NCBI GenBank assembly: GCA_964016885.1
Contig: OZ024745.1
Location: 84,754,001 to 84,818,000, forward strand
DNA length: 64,000 nt
Source: Eledone cirrhosa
Taxonomy: Eukaryota
Reading direction: 5' to 3'
A program made the position numbers and the translations under genes. This document shows positions 55,633 to 64,000 of the stretch, in pieces. Every line of letters begins with the position of its first letter. Position 1 is the first letter of the stretch. Below the pieces are notes generated by a model, which searched no databases, had not been told where the DNA came from, and worked only from the letters and a program-made list of their open reading frames with translations.

Positions 55633-58600
55633 TCAGGATTTGGGCACCATGGCCCATTCGAGAAGAGAATTACTGTTTGCGGAGACATATCCGGGTGTGG
55701 GTGGTTTGTCCGGGATTACTTGGAGGAATTTGTCCAAAGACTTCTTGAATTTTGAGTGGTCAGTTTCTGTTTTGACGTGTCCTGGTGTGATGTTGAAGAG
55801 AGCAGGGCCGATTGAGGTGAAATAATTGTGCCGTATTGTTGTTATGAGTTGCGATTTAGATTTTTGAATGGGACGGATAGCACGGGGCCCAAGCCTTGGG
55901 TGTATCTTGAAGGCGATGCCAACATCATTTGGGCAGTGATGATGGAACATTTTCCACATCATGCAGATAATATAACGCTCACGGCGACGTTGGAGTGAGT
56001 AAAGTTTCAGGTTTTCCAATCGACCCCAGTAGTCAAGGTCTGACATGCCATCTATCTTTTTCGTGATTGCCCTTTGAGGAGCTTCAAGTTTCATGATACT
56101 TTGTTTCGTGTGGGGAGACCACAGTGGACAACAGTATTCAAGGTGTGGTCGGGCGAAAGTAGAGAAGAGAAGGATAATGGTGCGGGAATCTCTCGACTGG
56201 AAGGTTCTGAGGATCCAGGAACACATTCTGCGGGCCATGTCAACTTTGCTGCTTATATGCGTGGTCCAGCTTATGTTGCTGTCCACGGTTACTCCCAAGT
56301 CTCTGATGTTGTTAGATGCCACGAGAGTTTCCCCAGAGGGAAGGGAGTACGGGAGTTTCAGAGCATCCTCTTTTCCAAAGTGGATCAGTTCGAATTTGTC
56401 CTCGTTCAGTAACATGTTGTTCTTTTCTGCCCATTGGGTAACAGCCAGTAGGTCTGACTGAAGGCTTATCCGGTCATCCACGCCATTGATGACCTTTTGG
56501 AGCTTGGAATCATCAGCGAAAATTTTAATGTTGCTGTGTTTGATGATGTCAGTGATGTCATTAATATAGATGATGAAGAGAAGTGGGCCCAACACAGTGC
56601 CTTGTGGGACTCCACTACTGACTTTGGCTGCGCTTGATTTGACTCCCTCAACTACAACATGTTGGGTCCTGTTTGACAGGAAGCTCTTGATCCACTGCAG
56701 CAGCTTTCCAGTGACACCAATATTGGACAGCTTTCTCAGTAGAATGTTATGATCAACCCTGTCAAAGGCCTTGCTGAAATCAAGGTAGATAACATCAGTG
56801 TTGGAACCCTCTCCCAAGGCTCTCAAAATGTCATCAAAGTGATGCAGTAGTTGCGTCAGGCAATCCCTTCCATTACGGAATCCATGCTGGTTGGAGTTCA
56901 GCATATTGTTACTCTCAAGGAAGTGGGTCATTCGCGATCTCACCACTCGCTCAAATACCTTAATGATATGAGAGGTGAGTGAGATTGGACGGTAATTCAC
57001 GGCAAGGGATTTGTTTCCCTTTTTGAAAACTGGGACAACAGACTGGGATAGAAGGTTTTCTGGCACATATCCAGCATCCAGTGAGTTCTGCCACAGATTG
57101 GCAAGAGGAGAAGCAAGTTGGTGTTGACACGCCTTCAGGACACAAGCAGGGAACCTATCGGGACCTACTGCTGAATTATGCTTGATTTCCTTTATTGCCG
57201 CCAAGACATCAGGGGCGCCAAACGTTATGTCCGATAAGGTGTAATGGGGAGTAACATCGCCGATACAGCCCAGATCGGCCATATCAGGATTGCTGAAAAC
57301 AGAGCAGTATTGTTTCTGCAGTATCTCACCCATGGTTTTAGCATTGTCTTGAAGAGTGCCATTTTCATCAATTAGAGGGCCAACAGTAGAGCCAGTGATT
57401 TTGTGTTTTTTTGCAAATGAAAAGAACACTTTGGGATTGAGTTTGATCTTCTCAATGGCCCAGGCCTCTGCAGCTCTTCTCTGATTGTTGATGAGGGACA
57501 TTATGTTGTTTTGGAGGTTATGTTTTTTAATCTCTAGTGATGAAATGGCAGTCAAGTTGATGTGTTGCTGCTGACAGTATTTCAGCTTGTTGATTCTTTT
57601 GTTCGTTCTCTTAATTTTTCTGATGAGCGTTTTTCTATTTCTAGGGATTCTGCTCTTAGATTTGTTTATAGTTCTTAATGGGGTGTGTTTAGCACATATG
57701 TTTGTAACAGTGTCCACAAATGTCTGCCAGGACTTTTTGATGTTAGTGGGTGTATGAGTGTGCGTGAAGGACCAGTCGACATGTGCAAGATCATGACTGA
57801 TCGCTTCCCAGTTTGCATTGTGGAAATCCATAGCGTCAAACGGATGGACAGGAGAGATGACATTGGGTTTGTATATTGGACGGTGGAATCTCAGATCACA
57901 GAGAACCATGTCATGATCAGAGAGTAGAGTTTTCTCCACTGCAATATTGTGGATATTGTCAGTGTGATTGCTGAAAATTAAGTCTAGGACGTTTTTGTGG
58001 CACCTCGTTGGTTCGAGCACTAGTTGGGATAGGAAGAAATCATCCATGAACTCAAGAAGTGATTCCACAGCTTCCCTGTCAGAGGTTGAGGCAGAAGAAC
58101 CTGGTGGCAGGGTGTTTGTGGACCAGTCAACTCCGGGGAGGTTGAAGTCCCCCATCATTAAGATGTTGTCAGGGTGACACTCTTGGATGAAACACTTTAT
58201 GCTGTTGAGGCATTCCTTGAAGCATGGTACAGGCGTTTGGGGTGGCCTATAGAGCCCAACTACTAATAGGTTGTTGGTTTGACTGAATACAGTGACTGCC
58301 TCACAGTATCCATTAGTGAATATGTTCATAGCCTCTGTTGAGAAAGAATTATGGACATAAATGGCAGTTCCGCCCTTTCTTCTGCCAGCGCGATCAGCAC
58401 GGATGGCTTTGAAACTTTTCACTTTCACCTCGGCTTCCAAGTGGAGGTTACTGAGATGGGTTTCAGTGAGGACGAAGAAAGGGATGTGGTTTGGATGGAC
58501 ATCAATCCAGTCCTCCAGGAATTTGATCTTCCATTTTTGAGTATTGGTGGAAGGGCTGATGCCTTGGGCGTTAAGCAAAAATGTAGAGGCGAGAGTGGAT

Positions 58601-58653
58601 GGTTTTAATTGTTTTGGTGTGTTGTTAATTTGTTTGTTTGTTAATGGCAGCAA
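55633..58653 (-). CDS. LINE ORF2: apurinic-like endonuclease plus reverse transcriptase; the frame is open upstream to 58770
   Basis: EN motifs LLNAQGI, LTETHL, GLYRPP, MGDFNLP, LDLIFSN, SDH; RT motifs [48 protein letters not shown]; C-terminal [11 protein letters not shown]. 1006 codons without a stop. Confidence 0.97.
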   Translation of the reverse strand: MLPLTNKQINNTPKQLKPSTLASTFLLNAQGISPSTNTQKWKIKFLEDWIDVHPNHIPFFVLTETHLSNLHLEAEVKVKSFKAIRADRAGRRKGGTAIYVHNSFSTEAMNIFTNGYCEAVTVFSQTNNLLVVGLYRPPQTPVPCFKECLNSIKCFIQECHPDNILMMGDFNLPGVDWSTNTLPPGSSASTSDREAVESLLEFMDDFFLSQLVLEPTRCHKNVLDLIFSNHTDNIHNIAVEKTLLSDHDMVLCDLRFHRPIYKPNVISPVHPFDAMDFHNANWEAISHDLAHVDWSFTHTHTPTNIKKSWQTFVDTVTNICAKHTPLRTINKSKSRIPRNRKTLIRKIKRTNKRINKLKYCQQQHINLTAISSLEIKKHNLQNNIMSLINNQRRAAEAWAIEKIKLNPKVFFSFAKKHKITGSTVGPLIDENGTLQDNAKTMGEILQKQYCSVFSNPDMADLGCIGDVTPHYTLSDITFGAPDVLAAIKEIKHNSAVGPDRFPACVLKACQHQLASPLANLWQNSLDAGYVPENLLSQSVVPVFKKGNKSLAVNYRPISLTSHIIKVFERVVRSRMTHFLESNNMLNSNQHGFRNGRDCLTQLLHHFDDILRALGEGSNTDVIYLDFSKAFDRVDHNILLRKLSNIGVTGKLLQWIKSFLSNRTQHVVVEGVKSSAAKVSSGVPQGTVLGPLLFIIYINDITDIIKHSNIKIFADDSKLQKVINGVDDRISLQSDLLAVTQWAEKNNMLLNEDKFELIHFGKEDALKLPYSLPSGETLVASNNIRDLGVTVDSNISWTTHISSKVDMARRMCSWILRTFQSRDSRTIILLFSTFARPHLEYCCPLWSPHTKQSIMKLEAPQRAITKKIDGMSDLDYWGRLENLKLYSLQRRRERYIICMMWKMFHHHCPNDVGIAFKIHPRLGPRAIRPIQKSKSQLITTIRHNYFTSIGPALFNITPGHVKTETDHSKFKKSLDKFLQVIPDKPPTPGYVSANSNSLLEWAMVPKS

Positions 58654-59480
58654 TGGGAGTTTGTGCAGTGGGGTGATAGTGGAGGGTGGTGCTGGGTGAT
58701 AGCTCGAATGTTTTTTTCCAGTTCTTTTGCCAGATTCATTATGGCTAAAAAAGAGGAAGAAGTTTCCTGTTTAGAAGACTGTTGGTGACTGTGGTAGTGG
58801 TTATTTTTATGTAGGTTATGGTTTTTGTTTTTGCTTTTATTTTTAATTTTATTTTCATTTGTCCGACGGGTCCCCGGGAGATGGGTAAAGGGACAATCCC
58901 GGTCTAAACACAATCTGTCTCGCAGGGAAAAACGGCAGATTTGTGGATTCCTTGTTTGAGTTATTGGTGGTTGTGTTGGTGTTAAATTAGAGTATGTATT
59001 ATGGTGGTGGCTGTTTGTGGGGATAGATCGTTTTGTCCTAGGTAAATGGGTGAATTTGCAGCCACTATCCGTACATATTCTATAGCGTAGAGAGTAGCGG
59101 CAAATGATGGGGTTTCGAGTGGGTGGGTATGTGGGTGTGGGTGTTGTGAGAGGTGTAGATGATTGTTTGGGTAGGATTTGACGACCTTTGTGGACTGTGG
59201 GAGGGAGAGTTCTTGTTCTGGTATTAGAAGGTAAATTCCTTGACATAGCAGTAGACAAAAATGTTGTAGTAGTAGTAGTAGTAGTAGGCAGAGATGTTGG
59301 CAGTGGTGACCATTGTTGATGAATCAAGGAGTGGTTCACACTGTTGTTGTCGTTGTTGTTGTTGTTGCTGTTGTTGATGTTGTTGTTGTAGCTGTTGTTG
59401 TTGTAGCTGTTGTTGTTGTTGCTGTTGTAGCTGCTGTTGTTGTTGTTGCTGCTGCTGGACAGCATTCGAAGAGAAAACAC
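58641..59480 (-). CDS. LINE ORF1 (C-terminal part) with two C-x8-C-x4-C-x3-H zinc fingers; true start uncertain
   Basis: CRYSLRYRICTDSGCKFTH and CRFSLRDRLCLDRDCPFTH; lies immediately upstream of and overlaps ORF2. Confidence 0.8.
   Translation of the reverse strand: MFSLRMLSSSSNNNNSSYNSNNNNSYNNNSYNNNINNSNNNNNDNNSVNHSLIHQQWSPLPTSLPTTTTTTTTFLSTAMSRNLPSNTRTRTLPPTVHKGRQILPKQSSTPLTTPTPTYPPTRNPIICRYSLRYRICTDSGCKFTHLPRTKRSIPTNSHHHNTYSNLTPTQPPITQTRNPQICRFSLRDRLCLDRDCPFTHLPGTRRTNENKIKNKSKNKNHNLHKNNHYHSHQQSSKQETSSSFLAIMNLAKELEKNIRAITQHHPPLSPHCTNSHCCH
59266..59457. repeat. Trinucleotide tracts within ORF1: (GTA)n and (GTT/GCT)n
   Basis: Read directly; encode poly-T and poly-N/S or poly-Q depending on frame. 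Confidence 0.9.
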
Positions 59481-59702
59481 ACCGTAGTTTATCCAAATGT
59501 TTATTGATTAATTTAAAAGCAATTTCGATTTGCTTTAATTTATTTTGAATCTGTTGTTCAGATCGAGTTTTCAAAAATTGAACTGTACGTTTAGCAATGA
59601 AGCATCTATATTTTCTGTTTGGGAAAGGCAATGCCATGTGTTTATTAGAATGTCGATTTCATTATCAGACCAGTTCTGTTTGGATTTTTGCTGGTTAGCC
59701 AT
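59480..59702 (-). pseudogene. Probable N-terminus of ORF1: Myb/SANT-like domain split by a frameshift
   Basis: ATG at 59702 gives MANQQKSKQNWSDNEIDILINTW; the adjacent frame continues IAKRTVQFLKTRSEQQIQNKLKQI. Confidence 0.5.
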
Positions 59703-59713
59703 TCTAGTTTTGA

Positions 59714-60303
59714 GTGTGTGTGTGTTTTAGTTAAGTATTTCAATATATATATATTTTTTTTTTAAATTTATTTTTGATTTATTTTTGTTTTTTGTTTTTC
59801 TTGTGTGTGAGTGAGAAGCGTATATATATAAATATGAGTATATATATATATATATATGTATATTCTGGTTATTTGAAATTAATTAAGTTAATGAAAAGAC
59901 GAAAGTATATAATAATAATTTGTAGTTAAAGGAAAATGTACTCACAAGTTCGTGTGTGTGTGTTTTAGTTAAGTATTTCAATATATATATATTTTTTTTT
60001 AAATTTATTTTTGATTTATTTTTGTTTTTTGTTTTTCTTGTGTGTGAGTGAGAAGCGTATATATATAAATATGAGTATATATATATATATATATGTATAT
60101 TCTGGTTATTTGAAATTAATTAAGTTAATGAAAAGACGAAAGTATATAATAATAATTTGTAGTTAAAGGAAAATGTACTCACAAGTTCGAAAACACGTGG
60201 TTTCAAATATATAATAATATAGATGTATGAAAAATGTATTAACCGGTCAATTTTCAAATATATAATAATATAGATGTATGAAAATGTATTAACCGGTCAA
60301 TTT
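59714..60303. repeat. Tandem duplications in the LINE 5' region: ~237 bp x2 (59714-60188) and ~51 bp x2 (60201-60303)
   Basis: gtgtgtgtgtgttttagttaag...gtactcacaagttcg occurs twice; tttcaaatatataataat...aaccggtcaatttt occurs twice. Confidence 0.92.
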
Positions 60304-60448
60304 TTGTTTGTTTGGTTTTGTCTTGTGGTTTTGTTTTGTGGCTGAGTTTTGTGGCTGTGTGACTTGCTGCTTACTCGGGGAGAGAAGTAAAAACACGTCC
60401 TTATACTTCAACTGCTCAACTGCTATATCAGTAAAACACATCCTTATA

Positions 60449-60466
60449 TATGTATATATATATATG

Positions 60467-60526
<60 letters not shown>

Positions 60527-60552
60527 AGTATATATATATATATATATGTATA

Positions 60553-60596
<44 letters not shown>

Positions 60597-60623
60597 TATA
60601 TGTATATACATATGTATATATAT
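60449..60623. repeat. Interrupted (TA)n microsatellite
   Basis: Read directly. Confidence 0.95.
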
Positions 60624-60958
60624 TCCCATTCAAAAATCTAAATCGCAACTCATAACAACAATACGGCACAATTATTTCACCTCAATCGGCCCTGCTCTCT
60701 TCAACATCACACCAGGACACGTCAAAACAGAAACTGACCACACAAAATTCAAGAAGTCTTTGGACAAATTCCTCCAAGTAATCCCGGACAAACCACCCAC
60801 ACCCGGATATGTCTCCGCAAACAGTAATTCTCTTCTCGAATGGGCCATGGTGCCCAAATCCTGAATTGAAAGACTTCGCCAGGTGGTGCTATTAAGTTAG
60901 AAATGGCCTGGGCCAATACTGGCCAAAACATTTCAAAGTTATTCAAAGTTATTCAAAG

Positions 60959-60961
<3 letters not shown>
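60624..60961 (+). mobile_element. 5'-truncated copy of the same LINE (end of ORF2, 3' UTR, (TTCAAAGTTA)3 tail)
   Basis: [12 protein letters not shown]...WAMVPKS*; reverse complement of 55546-55873 with two substitutions seen and one extra tail unit. Confidence 0.96.
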
Positions 60962-62050
<1,089 letters not shown>

Positions 62051-62649
62051 GCTCTTTTTCTCTTTTTACCTGTTTCAGCCATCCGGCTGAGGCAATGCTG
62101 GGGTACCGCCCTTGTTGCTACACATTTTATCTCCAGCCTGTATAGGTTGGCCACTGGTGTAAGAGGGAGTTTGTTGCTGCTGCACTTAGGTTTCCCTCGT
62201 GCCTTGCAGTGGGCTCATCCGGATCCTGGATAACAAGATGTCGAGATGTTTCTTGAAGACATCCACCTCCACGTCATGCAAATCTCTCAGTTCCCTCGGC
62301 AGCCTGTTGAAGAGTTGAGGGCCCTTGAACCCCAGGCTATTGAAATACCTGCTCCTTATTCTAGATGTAGAAGACGGGAACTTTGGCACCACACAGTGAC
62401 GTCCTGCTCGACGGTTGGTCCAGCTCCCAATGCCAAAGTTTGGCGCTAGTCCCTCCAGGATTTTCCACATGTAGATCACTGAGTATCTCTTCCGTCTTCG
62501 TTCCAAGGAGTAGAGGTTCATTTCCTTTAGCTTCTCCCAATAGCTTGTCTCCTTCATCGTGGCAATCCTCTTGGTGTAGCTCCGTGGTTAGTTTGACACT
62601 ATGGGGTGACCACAACTGGGAGCAGTAGCCCAGGCGGCTTAGGACAAAT
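62051..62649 (-). mobile_element. Degenerate 3' fragment of a second CR1-like LINE family
   Basis: [15 protein letters not shown] / [20 protein letters not shown]...GPQLFNRLP / PDEP...NSLLHQ* (stop at 62127-62129); homologous to the ORF2 C-terminus at 55633-56150 but diverged, with two frameshifts. Confidence 0.9.
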
Positions 62650-62658
62650 ATATATATG

Positions 62659-62734
<76 letters not shown>

Positions 62735-62810
62735 TATACATACATACATATATATACAAATATATATATATATACATACATATATATACATATATATATA
62801 TATATACATA

Positions 62811-62872
<62 letters not shown>

Positions 62873-62895
62873 CAAATATATATATATATACATAC

Positions 62896-62928
<33 letters not shown>

Positions 62929-62945
62929 CATACCTATATATATAT

Positions 62946-62976
<31 letters not shown>

Positions 62977-62993
62977 CATACATATATATATAA

Positions 62994-63038
<45 letters not shown>

Positions 63039-63071
63039 CATACATATATATATATATACATATATACATAC

Positions 63072-63102
<31 letters not shown>

Positions 63103-63119
63103 CACATATATATATATAC

Positions 63120-63186
<67 letters not shown>

Positions 63187-63187
63187 C

Positions 63188-63256
<69 letters not shown>
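62648..63256. repeat. Interrupted (TA)n microsatellite
   Basis: Read directly. Confidence 0.97.
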
Positions 63257-63259
<3 letters not shown>

Positions 63260-63683
63260 TATTAAAAAAATAATGAATGAACAAAGAAACAGTTCCTTAT
63301 ATTAAAAAAAAAATTCATTATTTTACGATCGTTTCTAGGATATATATGTGTGTTAGAGTTGGTATGCATATTCTATAGATCTATGTACAATATTTATACA
63401 AACTATCAGAGGGAATATACATACCTACACATATATATGCTGTCTTCAGAAATAATTGTTTCTACTTTAGGCACAAGGCCAGCAATTACCAAGTACATTA
63501 GAAATAATGATACTTGTTTATTGATAAGAACAAAGATTCAATACAATAGGTCTGTTTGGGAACAGGTTTTGAATTGACCAATCAGGAGATAGTGAGGGTC
63601 AAGATAGTGATTAGGAGAACCTTAAATTATGGGTAGAGGAAGGTAGATTTCAGTTTTGGATGGAAAAGAGTATTATGAATGAA

Positions 63684-63866
63684 GGATTACTTTAGGGAAG
63701 AAGTAGGTCATATGTTGACCTCAGAAATAATTTTATTTATTCATTGAATAAAACCAAACTAAGATCCAACATAATAATGGATTACTTTAGGGAAGAAGTA
63801 GGTCATATGTTGACCTCAGAAATAATTTTATTTGTTCATTGAATACAACCAACAGAGATCAAATAT
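63684..63866. repeat. 95-bp tandem duplication
   Basis: ggattactttagggaagaagtaggtcatatgttgacctcagaaataattttattt occurs at 63684 and 63779. Confidence 0.9.
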
Positions 63867-64000
63867 ATTCTGTCTGTTTGGTAAGAGGTTTAGAATTAAC
63901 CAATAGAAAGTTAATGATTGGCCAAATGGTAAAATAGTAGTAATTGAAACTTATTTTAGGGGTGAAACTAGGTCAGGTGGTCAGTAGAAGGTATACCAGC

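Larger units (their letters stand above)
55546..60448 (-). mobile_element. Near-full-length non-LTR retrotransposon (CR1/L2-group LINE), ~4.9 kb, inserted in (TA)n
   Basis: 5' UTR, ORF1, EN-RT ORF2, short 3' UTR and a (TTCAAAGTTA)2 tail running into TA repeats. The clade assignment is from motif appearance only, and the 5' boundary is inferred from the next TA tract. Confidence 0.93.

Noticed and set aside
55640-59730. Plus-strand and alternate-frame short ORFs overlapping the LINE
   Set aside because: Shadow ORFs of the EN-RT coding sequence and the trinucleotide tracts.
59703-60182. GTGAGT donor-like sites and an AG just before the ATG at 59702 as an intron in the LINE 5' UTR
   Set aside because: No polypyrimidine tract on the minus strand, and a retrotransposed copy is unlikely to retain a spliced intron.

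Overview
This is eukaryotic (invertebrate-like) repetitive DNA with no recognisable host gene. Bases 1-47025 are about 80 head-to-tail copies of a ~582-bp satellite with local higher-order duplications; the ORFs called there are artefacts. Beyond the array edge, long (TA)n tracts separate several inserted elements. Three different tandem-repeat families (466, 420 and ~620-660 bp units) each carry a type I hammerhead ribozyme with a palindromic minimal stem III, so they look like retrozymes or Penelope pLTR-like non-autonomous retroelements; two of them have head-to-head inverted architecture. There is also a near-full-length CR1-like LINE (intact EN-RT ORF2; ORF1 with two CCCH fingers, a frameshifted Myb/SANT-like N-terminus and a candidate -1 frameshift into ORF2), two further LINE 3' fragments, and two foldback elements. 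All structures and alignments were read by eye, so boundaries next to microsatellites are approximate.
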